A model generated the notes under the pieces. That model was not told where the DNA came from, did not search any database, and saw only the letters and a list, made by a program, of their open reading frames with translations. This document shows positions 55,478 through 64,000 of a stretch of 64,000 nt of DNA, in pieces. The translations under genes and the position numbers were made by a program. The stretch comes from a bacterium (GTDB lineage Bacteria > Patescibacteriota > Minisyncoccia > Phycocordibacterales > UBA5272): NCBI GenBank assembly GCA_023267595.1, contig JAHFNB010000001.1:94590-158589 (forward strand), written 5' to 3'. The stretch's first letter is position 1; each line of letters begins with the position of its first letter.

Positions 55478-56903
55478 TAAGCATCTCATTACGACTGCAA
55501 TTGCATATGGCAATGCTTCACCACATATTGGTCATGCATTTGAGTTTGTAACTGCCGATACTTTATCACGCTTCCATAGACTTATAGGTGGGGATGTGTA
55601 TTTTATTACAGGAATGGATGAACATGGGCAAAAGATCGAGCGAAAAGCAAAAGAGCAAAATATCCCTGTTCAAGAATTTGTAGATATATATGCAAAAAGT
55701 TTTATAGATCTAGATGCAAAACTTTCTGTCGTATATGATTTTTTTGTTCGTACAAGTGATAAAGCAAAACATTATCAAGGTGCTCAACATTTATGGAAAA
55801 AGTTAGTTGATGCAAAGACTATTGAAAAACGTTCATATAAGGCACTCTATTGTGTTGGATGTGAAGAGTTCAAAACTGAAAAAGATTTAAATGAAAAAGG
55901 GGAGTGCCCACTTCATCTCGTTAAACCAGAAATTGTAGAAGAAGAAAATTATTTTTTTACATTGTCACAATTCACAGATAAAATTAAAGAAAAGATTTCA
56001 TCGGATGAATTAAAGATCTATCCAGAAAGTAGAAAAAATGAAATTATGGCGCTTCTTGAACGGGGACTTGGAGATGTCTCTTTTTCTCGACCAAAGAGTA
56101 AGGTGACGTGGGGGATACCAGTACCCGAAGATGATACACAAGTCATGTATGTGTGGTGTGACGCCCTTTCAAATTATCTTACAGCAATTGGGTATGGAAC
56201 TGAACATTTTGATAAAGATTTATGGGTAAATACGACACATATAATTGGAAAAGATATCTTACGTTTCCACGCAGCCATATGGCCTGCTATGTTACTTGCC
56301 GCAGATCTTCCATTGCCAAAAAGAATTTTGGTGCACGGGTTTATTACGTCCCATGGTCAGAAAATGAGTAAGACACTTGGGAATGTTATCGATCCGCAAG
56401 AACTTTTACAGATGTTTGATAGTCCTGCAGGGGAGTTAGCAGGGGAAGCACTTCGTTTTATCTTACTTCATGAAGTGCCAAGTTTTGAAGATGGAGATGT
56501 AACCATGGAAACTATTCGTGCCTCATACACTGCACATCTTGCAAACGGAATCGGAAATCTGACGAGTAGAATTATGAAGATGGCGATATCTAATGCAGTT
56601 AGAAGTAAGATGTCAGATGTTAGAAGTAAAATACAAATACAAGAATATGATACAAATGGATCCTTAAAAAAAGTTATGAGTGAAATGAGACTACTCGATG
56701 AGTACATAGCAACTAATGAACCATTTAAAGTAATAAAAGTAGACATGGAGAGAGGAAAAGAGATGATAGTATATTGTCTTGTGAGACTAGAACAAATTGT
56801 AGAAGATCTGTCTATTTTCATGCCAAAGACATCTGCAAAAATTTTAGAATGTATCCGAGAAAATAAAATGCCAGAAAAACCATTGTTTGGTAGACTTGCT
56901 TAG
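55467..56903 (+). CDS. metG: Methionyl-tRNA synthetase
   Basis: HIGH region AIAYGNASPHIGHAFEFV. Zn knuckle CVGCEEF...CPLH. KMSKTLGNVIDP. Confidence 0.9.
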   Translation: MKGNKHLITTAIAYGNASPHIGHAFEFVTADTLSRFHRLIGGDVYFITGMDEHGQKIERKAKEQNIPVQEFVDIYAKSFIDLDAKLSVVYDFFVRTSDKAKHYQGAQHLWKKLVDAKTIEKRSYKALYCVGCEEFKTEKDLNEKGECPLHLVKPEIVEEENYFFTLSQFTDKIKEKISSDELKIYPESRKNEIMALLERGLGDVSFSRPKSKVTWGIPVPEDDTQVMYVWCDALSNYLTAIGYGTEHFDKDLWVNTTHIIGKDILRFHAAIWPAMLLAADLPLPKRILVHGFITSHGQKMSKTLGNVIDPQELLQMFDSPAGELAGEALRFILLHEVPSFEDGDVTMETIRASYTAHLANGIGNLTSRIMKMAISNAVRSKMSDVRSKIQIQEYDTNGSLKKVMSEMRLLDEYIATNEPFKVIKVDMERGKEMIVYCLVRLEQIVEDLSIFMPKTSAKILECIRENKMPEKPLFGRLA

Positions 56904-56906
56904 TAT

Positions 56907-57719
56907 ATGCAATACGCATTTTTTGATATCCATTCACATCTTCACGATAAAGCATTTGATGAAGATAGAGAAACTATTATTGCTGATATGAAATCTCGTA
57001 GTATCGGTACTATTACTATCGGTACTGATATGAAAGAAAGTAGGGAGGCGATTTTACTTTCTGAAAAGCATGAACATATTTTTGCAACAGTCGGTATACA
57101 TCCTGCAGATAATATTTATGAAGTATGGGATGAAACAGCCTTTGAAACATTAGCACGACATGAAAAAGTTGTAGGAATAGGGGAATGTGGATTAGATTAT
57201 TTTCGCTTGAAAGAAAATATTGCAGGGGATAATGATAGCGAGAAAGAAAGACAAAAAGATTTTTTCAAAAAACAAATTGAAATTGCAGTGAAAGTAAATA
57301 AACCGCTTATGTTACATGGTAGACCAAGTAAAGGAACACAGAATGCATATGAAGATATGCTAGATATCTTAGAAGATGCGAAGAAAAAACATGGGGAAAA
57401 ACTACTAGGAAATGCTCACTTTTTTGCAGGGGACACAGAAATCGCAAAACGATTTTTAGATATTGGATTTACTATGAGTTTCTCTGGGGTTATTACTTTT
57501 GCAAAAGAGTATGATGATGTGGTTAGGTTTATCCCACTTTCTATGATGCATGGAGAGACGGATAGTCCGTATGCAACACCGAGCCCCTTTCGAGGTCAGA
57601 AAAATACACCACTTTTTGTACAAGAAATAGTTGCACGCATTGCAGTACTACGTGAAGAGGGGATGGAAGAAGTGCGTATGCAATTAGTAGAGAATGCAAA
57701 AAAGATGTTTAATGTTTGA
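56907..57719 (+). CDS. tatD: TatD-family metal-dependent DNase/hydrolase
   Basis: FFDIHSHL. GECGLDYF. TIM-barrel metal-binding His/Glu/Asp pattern. Confidence 0.85.
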   Translation: MQYAFFDIHSHLHDKAFDEDRETIIADMKSRSIGTITIGTDMKESREAILLSEKHEHIFATVGIHPADNIYEVWDETAFETLARHEKVVGIGECGLDYFRLKENIAGDNDSEKERQKDFFKKQIEIAVKVNKPLMLHGRPSKGTQNAYEDMLDILEDAKKKHGEKLLGNAHFFAGDTEIAKRFLDIGFTMSFSGVITFAKEYDDVVRFIPLSMMHGETDSPYATPSPFRGQKNTPLFVQEIVARIAVLREEGMEEVRMQLVENAKKMFNV

Positions 57720-57800
57720 CATTAATCATTTAAAATGGTATAAAGTTATAAGATAATTAAGTCGTATTTTCCAATGTCCTTCTAGAGATAGGAGAGGAGA

Positions 57801-58175
57801 ATGTACATCGAAAAAGAAATCGGACCAACAAGAATTTGTTGTTTTGATGCAGTTCTTGCCGAGATAGAGAAAGTAGACGCCGATTTTCCTTGCCATATTG
57901 CCACATTTCTTGGTGATCAAGGAAAGAAGCCTTTCGTTTTTGGTAAAGACGACGAGGTACTCCCACTCCTTTCGCCGGCGAAAGGAAAAGAAGTTTTCTG
58001 TATTTTCATCGGGATTGATGATACCCCAATGAGACTGTATGCTCTTTTCGTGGAGCCGAAAGAATTGGACGTCTCGCAAATATCGACGGCAATCATTGTC
58101 GAAGCATTCTCTGACGAGATGTTCGAAGACTTTCCACCGACGTACAGAATCAGGGAGTCATTTTTCCCCGATTAA
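57801..58175 (+). CDS. Hypothetical protein (124 aa), GC-richer than flanks
   Basis: GGAGAGGAGA RBS before the ATG. Followed by a terminator hairpin. The antisense track ORF 57726-58079 is judged spurious. Confidence 0.5.
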   Translation: MYIEKEIGPTRICCFDAVLAEIEKVDADFPCHIATFLGDQGKKPFVFGKDDEVLPLLSPAKGKEVFCIFIGIDDTPMRLYALFVEPKELDVSQISTAIIVEAFSDEMFEDFPPTYRIRESFFPD

Positions 58176-58193
58176 AATGGAATCGTAACATCA

Positions 58194-58224
58194 AAGGGCG
58201 ACCGCAAGGTCGCTCTTTTCTTTT
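58194..58224. terminator. Rho-independent terminator
   Basis: gggcgacc-gcaa-ggtcgctc followed by ttttctttt. Confidence 0.6.
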
Positions 58225-58252
58225 GTCTTATTTTGTGGTAAAGTGTGCTTCT

Positions 58253-58774
58253 ATGACTGAAAATAATGAAACCATAGTAGATAGTCGTGTATACGAAGTA
58301 TCTTTTATCTTTGATAATAAGATCGACGAAAATACGGCGCTTGAGAAAGCCAACGCCATCAAGCAATCTATTGCTACTCTAGGGGGTAGCTTCATTTCAG
58401 AAGAAGTTCCGTACATGCGTGAACTTGCCTATGAAATGATTCGCGTTGTTAATAATGTGAACGTTCGTTTTAATGAAGGATATTTCGGGTGGATAAAATT
58501 CGAAATGGAAGGAAGTAATGTAAAAGAACTTGAAAAAGGTCTTAAATTAGATGAGCAAATAGTTCGTTTCCTCGTCGTAAAGACAGTGCGTGAAAACACC
58601 GTGTTTACAAAGCGTGCACCAGTTATCAAAGCAGAATCACTCGTTAACAATGAAGACGATACGATGATTGACACAACTGCACTTGATGCAACATCTGAGT
58701 TACCACTAGATGTAATACCAGAACTTCCACTAGAAGATGTAAAGGAAGTGTCTGCTAGCATAGTGAAAGAATAA
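58253..58774 (+). CDS. rpsF: 30S ribosomal protein S6 (with C-terminal acidic extension)
   Basis: YEVSFIFDNKIDENTALEKANAIKQSI...GGSFISEEVPYMRELAYEM...GYFGWIKFE. Confidence 0.8.
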   Translation: MTENNETIVDSRVYEVSFIFDNKIDENTALEKANAIKQSIATLGGSFISEEVPYMRELAYEMIRVVNNVNVRFNEGYFGWIKFEMEGSNVKELEKGLKLDEQIVRFLVVKTVRENTVFTKRAPVIKAESLVNNEDDTMIDTTALDATSELPLDVIPELPLEDVKEVSASIVKE

Positions 58775-58793
58775 GGATTATACTTATCAGTAT

Positions 58794-59246
58794 ATGTATC
58801 TCAATAAAGTATATTTGTACGGAAACCTTACTCGCGACCCAGAAATGAAGTCACTTCCTACGGGAAACAAAGTAACAACATTTTCTCTTGCTACTAATCG
58901 TGTATACAAAGATCAAGCAGGTAACAAAAAAGAGCAAGTAGAGTTCCACAATATTGTGGTATTCGGTCGTCAAGCAGAGACGAGTGCTCAGTACCTTAAA
59001 AAAGGACAAGGTGTGATGATTGAAGGACGTATTCAAACACGTTCATGGGATGATAAAACTACTGGAGAGAAAAAGTATCGTACAGAAATTGTGGCAGATG
59101 CAGTTCAATTTGGTCCAAAGTCAGGTGGTAGTACAGGGGATTTCTCTACTCCACAAGAATCATCCCCAAAGCCTTCGACAGTTCCTGATCTAGATACTAT
59201 TGATTATGGGGATTCAAATATAAATGTTGATGATATACCATTCTAA
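58794..59246 (+). CDS. ssb: Single-stranded DNA-binding protein
   Basis: OB-fold NKVYLYGNLTRDPEMKSL...FHNIVVFGRQAE. Acidic C-terminal tail ending DDIPF. Confidence 0.9.
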   Translation: MYLNKVYLYGNLTRDPEMKSLPTGNKVTTFSLATNRVYKDQAGNKKEQVEFHNIVVFGRQAETSAQYLKKGQGVMIEGRIQTRSWDDKTTGEKKYRTEIVADAVQFGPKSGGSTGDFSTPQESSPKPSTVPDLDTIDYGDSNINVDDIPF

Positions 59247-59258
59247 AATTAAACAACC

Positions 59259-59462
59259 ATGAAAAAACAAGATTACTTTAACCAAAATAATATTAAGTTT
59301 ATCGACTACAAGGATACAGAAATTCTCGTGAAGTTTTTGAATCCTCATGCTCGTATTCTTAATCGTAGAAAAACTGGCCTTACTGCAAAGAATCAACGTA
59401 CACTTGCAAATGCTATCAAGCGTGCGAGATTTATGGGACTTCTTCCATACGTAAGTCATTAA
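59259..59462 (+). CDS. rpsR: 30S ribosomal protein S18
   Basis: IDYKDTEILVKFLNPHARILNRRKTGLTAKNQRTLANAIKRARFMGLLPY. Confidence 0.88.
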   Translation: MKKQDYFNQNNIKFIDYKDTEILVKFLNPHARILNRRKTGLTAKNQRTLANAIKRARFMGLLPYVSH

Positions 59463-59470
59463 TTATAAAG

Positions 59471-59510
59471 AAAAAAGCATGGGTTTGCCTTTGGCAAACC
59501 CATGCTTTTT
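59471..59510. terminator. Rho-independent terminator (18-bp stem)
   Basis: aaaaagcatgggtttgcc-ttt-ggcaaacccatgctttttt. Confidence 0.7.
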
Positions 59511-59551
59511 TGTTAGTATGGTATTTATTATTTACTAACTAGGTAAAAACT

Positions 59552-60169
59552 ATGTCACAACCATCACATCCAAAAAAAGATCAAACATTTGTCATTATAA
59601 AACCAGATGGTGTACAACGCTCTTTGGTAGGAGAAGTTATTAAACGCTTTGAACGTGTAGGACTTAAATTGGTGGCAATGAAATTAGTAGTTCCTACAGA
59701 AGATCAATGTTGGACCCACTATAAAAAAGATGATGAATGGTTCATTCGAAAAGGGACAGGTATTATGGAGAATAAAAAGAAATTGGGAATGGTTGTCGAT
59801 AAAGAACCAATTGAATATGGTAAAGATATTATTCGTGCAATTGTAAACTACATGACTGCAGGACCGGTGGTGTGTATGGTATGGGAAGGTAACCAATCAG
59901 TTGCAGTTGTTAAAAAATTAGTTGGAGGTACTGAACCTACAACATCAGATGTAGGAACAATACGCGGAGATTTTACTATTGATTCTTATTATTTGTGTGA
60001 TGTTGATGATTCACGAGGAATGAGGAATCTTATTCATTGTACAGATGGTGATCAAGCAGAAGCAAAACGTGAAATTGATATTTGGTTTAAACCAGAAGAA
60101 CTTATATCATATCGTCTTGTTCAAGAAGAAATACTCTATGATGTAAATCTTGACGGTATTTTAGAATAA
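59552..60169 (+). CDS. ndk: Nucleoside diphosphate kinase
   Basis: TFVIIKPDGVQRSLVGEVIKRFERVGLKLVAMK. NLIHCTDG (active-site His). Longer than typical, at 205 aa. Confidence 0.85.
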   Translation: MSQPSHPKKDQTFVIIKPDGVQRSLVGEVIKRFERVGLKLVAMKLVVPTEDQCWTHYKKDDEWFIRKGTGIMENKKKLGMVVDKEPIEYGKDIIRAIVNYMTAGPVVCMVWEGNQSVAVVKKLVGGTEPTTSDVGTIRGDFTIDSYYLCDVDDSRGMRNLIHCTDGDQAEAKREIDIWFKPEELISYRLVQEEILYDVNLDGILE

Positions 60170-60206
60170 CTTTACTTTTTTCATACCAAGAATATAATAA
60201 TGGTAG

Positions 60207-60411
60207 GGTGCTTAGGTATTTTTCTGGATAATACATCTTCGGGTAATGGAATATTGCTATGTGGCCGAGGTCATATACGTTTCCTACCCACCTGACATAA
60301 AACATCAGGAAGATGTCCTGAGCCCCTAGAAAAAAATCCCTCCCAAGAGGGATTTTTTTCTAGGGGCTAGAGGACAAGGAAGAGAAAATCCGCCAAAATG
60401 GCGGATTTTCT
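60207..60411 (+). ncRNA. Candidate structured small RNA / complex terminator region (unclassified)
   Basis: TATAAT-like -10 at about 60195. ggtagg...cctacc long-range pairing. acatc-aggaa-gatgt hairpin. 24-bp-stem hairpin 60321-60368. 11-bp-stem hairpin 60384-60410. No CDS. Confidence 0.3.
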
Positions 60412-60428
60412 CATGATATACTTTCTAT

Positions 60429-60785
60429 ATGAAAAATATCTTTATATCTGGACTATATCTCCTTATACTTTTTTGTTTGTCTAAGTATGTTTTTGAACCA
60501 AGTTATTTATACTATGAATTGTGGTGGCTTGATATCCCTATGCATATTCTAGGAGGATTTGGTGTTGCTTCATTTGTAAGTGCTATTCTTTCGTATAGAG
60601 GTATTACCATTTCATTTGGAAAATTATGTTTGGCTTACTTTGCTATTGCCCTTGTTTGGGAATCATGGGAATACTACATGGAAGTTACGTCATACATAGA
60701 CTGGGAAGGATGGTTAGATACAGCAAAAGATGTTATTGATGGATTTATTGGAGTAAGTGCTGCATATCTTTTCATACGAAAGTAG
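60429..60785 (+). CDS. Hypothetical membrane protein (3-4 TM)
   Basis: Hydrophobic ORF with Trp-rich loops. No family recognised. Confidence 0.45.
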   Translation: MKNIFISGLYLLILFCLSKYVFEPSYLYYELWWLDIPMHILGGFGVASFVSAILSYRGITISFGKLCLAYFAIALVWESWEYYMEVTSYIDWEGWLDTAKDVIDGFIGVSAAYLFIRK

Positions 60786-60825
60786 CATGTCGTTATTTCG
60801 TATAACTTTTGCAGGAGGTGCACAA

Positions 60826-62160
60826 ATGCCAACAGGATCAAACTTTCTGGTTGAATTTGGTGGCAAAAAAATTCTCATTGATTGTGGGTTAATTCAAGGA
60901 GAAAAATATGCACTCCCAAGTAATCGTGAACCATTTCCTTACGATACGAAAAGTATTGATGCATTATTTGTTACGCACGGTCACTTGGATCATGTAGGGA
61001 GAATCCCGAGACTTGTTCGAGATGGATTTAAAGGGGAGATTATTAGTACAGAACCAACACGTGAAATTGCAGAACTCATCATGCTTGATTCTATGGGATT
61101 ACTTGGTAAAGAAGCCGCACATGATAATTCTGAACCTTTGTATGAAGAAAAAGATGTTTTTCAGGCACTTCATTTATGGAATACAACATTACTGTATGAA
61201 AAGCCGCATACTTTTACAACACATGATGGTGATGCAACAATTACACTCCATGATGCAGGACATATCTTAGGAGCAGCAATTATTGAAATAGCCTATAAAG
61301 GTAAAAAATTAGTTTTTACGGGAGATCTCGGGAATACACCATCACCACTTATGCGTGATACGACATTACTGCATGATATAGATTATCTTGTTATGGAAAG
61401 TGTTTATGGTGATAGAAATCACAAAGATAAAGATAAACGTCTAGAACTTTTACAAGAAGCAGTAACGTCCACTATTGCACAAGGTGGCACAGTGCTTATC
61501 CCTGCATTTTCTATTGAACGTACACAAGAAATGTTGCTCGCATTTAATGAACTTGTTGAAGGGAATAAGTTACCAAATGTTCCTATATATCTTGATTCAC
61601 CACTCGGTATTAATATTACAAAAGTTTATAAAAAATATGACAGTTGGTTTAATGATGAAACAGAAAAGAGGATTAAAAGTGGAGATGATATTTTTTCATT
61701 TAAAGGTCTCATTCAAACACCTTCACCAGAAGAGAGTAAAGGAATTAATAAAGATGATGGTCCAAAAATTATTATTGCAGGGAGTGGTATGTCAAATGGT
61801 GGGCGTATTACACATCATGAAATAAAATATTTACCAGATGCAAAAAGTACTATTGTAATAGTAGGATACCAAGCAATAAATACTCCAGGGAGAAAAATTG
61901 TTGACGAAGCAAAAGAATTATTTATTAATGGTCAAGAAGTTAAAGTAAATGCACGTATTGTAAATATTCATGGATTCTCTGCACATAAAGATTCTGATAA
62001 TTTGGTAAAGTTTGTTGAATCAACTGCTTCTACTCTTAAAAAGGTAATTGTAGTACTTGGTGAACCAAAGAGTGCATATTATCTCGGTCAAAAAATACAT
62101 GAAGTGTATCAACTTCCAGTTATTGTTCCAGAAAAAGGAGATGTGATAGAACTAGATTAG
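60826..62160 (+). CDS. Metallo-beta-lactamase / beta-CASP family ribonuclease (RNase J-like)
   Basis: ILIDCGLIQGE...ALFVTHGHLDHVGRIP (HxHxDH). beta-CASP-like middle region. The ATG at 60826 (MPTGSNFLVEFGG) is preferred. Confidence 0.75.
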   Translation: MPTGSNFLVEFGGKKILIDCGLIQGEKYALPSNREPFPYDTKSIDALFVTHGHLDHVGRIPRLVRDGFKGEIISTEPTREIAELIMLDSMGLLGKEAAHDNSEPLYEEKDVFQALHLWNTTLLYEKPHTFTTHDGDATITLHDAGHILGAAIIEIAYKGKKLVFTGDLGNTPSPLMRDTTLLHDIDYLVMESVYGDRNHKDKDKRLELLQEAVTSTIAQGGTVLIPAFSIERTQEMLLAFNELVEGNKLPNVPIYLDSPLGINITKVYKKYDSWFNDETEKRIKSGDDIFSFKGLIQTPSPEESKGINKDDGPKIIIAGSGMSNGGRITHHEIKYLPDAKSTIVIVGYQAINTPGRKIVDEAKELFINGQEVKVNARIVNIHGFSAHKDSDNLVKFVESTASTLKKVIVVLGEPKSAYYLGQKIHEVYQLPVIVPEKGDVIELD

Positions 62161-62219
62161 TTCACGCGCCTCTTTGTATCCACTGCTAACTGTAAACTGT
62201 CTACTGTATACTGTATTTT

Positions 62220-62795
62220 ATGAAAGCAGAACGAATTACGATAAGTGTTTCAGGTGCTGCAGAAATTGCACATTGTGGTCCATCTGTTATACCGCTTGCA
62301 AAAGAAATAGGGCGTGAAATTGCACGACAAGGTGCACAGATAATCACTGGAGCAACGAGTGGATTTCCTATGTATGCTGCAGAAGGGGCAAAAGAAGCAG
62401 GGGGATATTCATTCGGTATTTCTCCTGCTGCCAGTAAAAAGGAACATGTAGAAGTGTACCGTTTACCTCTTAAAGCATTAGATACTGTGATTTATACAGG
62501 CTTTGGTTTTCCAGGGCGAGATTTAATGCTTGTACGGTCCTCAGATGCGGTTATTATTGGTTGTGGGCGTATTGGTACCATTCATGAGTTTACTGTTGCG
62601 TGGGAGGCAAATATGCCCTTAGGAGTCTTGCAAGGGGAATGGGCAACTGATGAGGTTATTCAGAATATTATAAAGAATGGAGAACGTGAGAATCCAAATG
62701 TTATCTTTGAAAAAGACCCAAAAGTTTTAGTAGAAAAGTTAATTGCGATGGCAAAATTAAAAGATGAAGATGGCAGTAGAGAAATCAGGCTATAG
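62220..62795 (+). CDS. TIGR00725/LOG-like (SLOG) Rossmann-fold protein, GC-richer than flanks
   Basis: ITISVSGAAE...QIITGATSGFPMYAAEGAKEAGGYSFGISP pattern typical of the TIGR00725/LOG family. Confidence 0.55.
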   Translation: MKAERITISVSGAAEIAHCGPSVIPLAKEIGREIARQGAQIITGATSGFPMYAAEGAKEAGGYSFGISPAASKKEHVEVYRLPLKALDTVIYTGFGFPGRDLMLVRSSDAVIIGCGRIGTIHEFTVAWEANMPLGVLQGEWATDEVIQNIIKNGERENPNVIFEKDPKVLVEKLIAMAKLKDEDGSREIRL

Positions 62796-62870
62796 TATTG
62801 ACTATACCTACTTTAAGTGTTACAATATAGTAAGGTTGATTTCTTAATTTTTTGCAACAAGGAGTTTCTC

Positions 62871-63155
62871 ATGACTTTCCAAATTGCAGTTTTTTCTGTC
62901 GTTATGATTTTAATTGGTATTGCACTGAGCAAACCAATTAAAGCAAAATGGGGGGTAGTAGTATTTTCCCTTATTGTAGGGATTGTTGTATGTGGTGTGT
63001 ATCTCTACCATTTTAAACAACCTGAGAAAATTGCTTTTATCGATTCATTGGTATTGGTAATTACCATTATCGTCTATCGGTTTTACCTTTCAGACCTTTT
63101 TGCTGCTATTCGACAAAATAAAGAAGAAGAAACAGAGCAAGAAAACAAAAAATAA
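62871..63155 (+). CDS. Small membrane protein (hypothetical)
   Basis: AAGGAG RBS then ATG 62871. Two TM helices. Lys/Glu tail. Confidence 0.4.
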   Translation: MTFQIAVFSVVMILIGIALSKPIKAKWGVVVFSLIVGIVVCGVYLYHFKQPEKIAFIDSLVLVITIIVYRFYLSDLFAAIRQNKEEETEQENKK

Positions 63156-63204
63156 AAAGAAAGAAATAAAAAAGCCCCGAATACTTACGGGGCTTTTTAT
63201 ATTG

Positions 63205-63549
63205 TTACTTCACTTGTTCTAGGATTCGAGTAAATGTTTCTGGATTTTCACTAGCCATTTCAGAAAGCATCTTACGATTGATAATTATTCCTTTCTTGGT
63301 TAATTTATCAATGAATACACTGTACGTAATTCCATGTGCTCGTAATGCTGCACTTAGTCGTGTTGTAAATAGACGACGCATATCAGTTTTTTTGTCTTTT
63401 CTATGTGCAAATGCATAGGCTCCTGCTTTTCGAAGTGCTACCTTTGCTTCGATTTCTTTTTTACTACGACCAAAACGATATCCTTTTGCTTGTGCTAGGA
63501 CATTGCGACGATGCTTCATTGCAATTTTTGATCTTTTTACGCGTGCCAT
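63205..63549 (-). CDS. rplT: 50S ribosomal protein L20
   Basis: MARVKRSKIAMKHRRNVLAQAKGYRFGRSK... Confidence 0.9.
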   Translation of the reverse strand: MARVKRSKIAMKHRRNVLAQAKGYRFGRSKKEIEAKVALRKAGAYAFAHRKDKKTDMRRLFTTRLSAALRAHGITYSVFIDKLTKKGIIINRKMLSEMASENPETFTRILEQVK

Positions 63550-63564
63550 ATATTTGGATGATAA

Positions 63565-63789
63565 TTACTTAGTTGTAGGTGATACGAAAACCTTCTTTGT
63601 TTTCATAAGTCCTGGAAGGAAACGAGATTTTTCTTTTCCAGTCATAACAAATTCTGCGCCACGCTTACCAGTTAGTTGCTTTCGGCGAGAAGTCTTTGCG
63701 TTAAAGTGGTTGAGTCCTGGTTTACGACCAATGATTTTACCATTTTTTGTTACCCTAAGACGCTTTAAGAATGATTTGTTTGTCTTCAT
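63565..63789 (-). CDS. rpmI: 50S ribosomal protein L35
   Basis: Basic 74-aa protein MKTNKSFLKRLRVTKNGKIIGRKPGLNHFNAKTSRRKQL, immediately upstream of rplT. Confidence 0.8.
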   Translation of the reverse strand: MKTNKSFLKRLRVTKNGKIIGRKPGLNHFNAKTSRRKQLTGKRGAEFVMTGKEKSRFLPGLMKTKKVFVSPTTK

Positions 63790-63925
63790 ACGTTTTCGTA
63801 TCCTTTAAAGATGTTGTGCTATTCTAGCACAAAGAAAGGTATTTATCAATACTTATAAGACATGGTTTGACATACCTATTTTAGGGTGTAGAGTTGTTAC
63901 AGACCAATCTTTTTTGAGGTGTTAT

Positions 63926-64000
63926 ATGGATAAGCAGAAAGAGCAATATTATCTCCCTTCTTTTCAACTCGACGCGTACCTCGACCGATGTCTTGGTGTA
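63926..64000 (+). CDS. 5' end of an unidentified CDS running off the window
   Basis: GAGGTG RBS then ATG 63926. MDKQKEQYYLPSFQLDAYLDRCLGV... No stop within the window. Confidence 0.3.
   Translation, partial: MDKQKEQYYLPSFQLDAYLDRCLGV

Noticed and set aside
57726-58079. 117-aa minus-strand ORF overlapping the 57801-58175 plus ORF
   Set aside because: The plus-strand ORF has a strong RBS and a terminator. The minus ORF has neither and lies antisense within it.
1-64000. CRISPR arrays, integrase, transposase or reverse-transcriptase (DGR) genes
   Set aside because: I scanned for regularly spaced direct repeats and for RT (YxDD), integrase (R..HxxR..Y) or transposase (DDE) signatures and found none. 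The repeats present are coding tandem repeats, a heptamer microsatellite and terminator palindromes.

Overview
The window is an AT-rich bacterial chromosomal segment with short genes and small intergenic regions. It starts inside dnaA and runs through the replication-origin neighbourhood (dnaA, an AT-rich spacer with DnaA-box-like 9-mers, then dnaN). The gene content and style fit a Candidate Phyla Radiation (Patescibacteria/Parcubacteria-like) genome. Ribosomal protein L1 is absent after rplK in the secE-nusG-rplK cluster, which is reminiscent of the L1-lacking Parcubacteria.

Most of the window is housekeeping: PBP1A, TyrRS, RuvC/B and a separate RuvA, a PilB-type ATPase, TsaE, PolA, Fpg, a Mur ligase, MurI, RluA, ArgRS, IleRS, MetRS, TatD, SSB, NDK, an RNase J-like enzyme and ribosomal proteins S20/L19/L11/S6/S18/L20/L35. 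There are eight tRNAs: Lys, Arg x2, Ser, Val, Leu, His, plus a Leu 5' fragment. Many strong rho-independent terminator hairpins are present, some with very long perfect stems.

Interspersed are compositionally distinct, visibly GC-richer insertions and accessory genes. The main ones are:
- a dCTP-deaminase/dUTPase/ThyX-like/Tmk thymidylate module inserted right after rplK;
- a Gly-zipper, Cys-rich secreted protein plus a coiled-coil membrane protein next to pilB;
- a tRNA-proximal accessory stretch carrying NUDIX, TspO, GH114, NADAR plus dNMP-nucleotidase, a truncated RhuM and others;
- an IleRS that carries an in-frame histidine-phosphatase (PGAM-like) domain inside its catalytic core.

No CRISPR array, integrase, transposase or reverse transcriptase was seen. 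All calls rest on motif recognition by eye; no searches were run.
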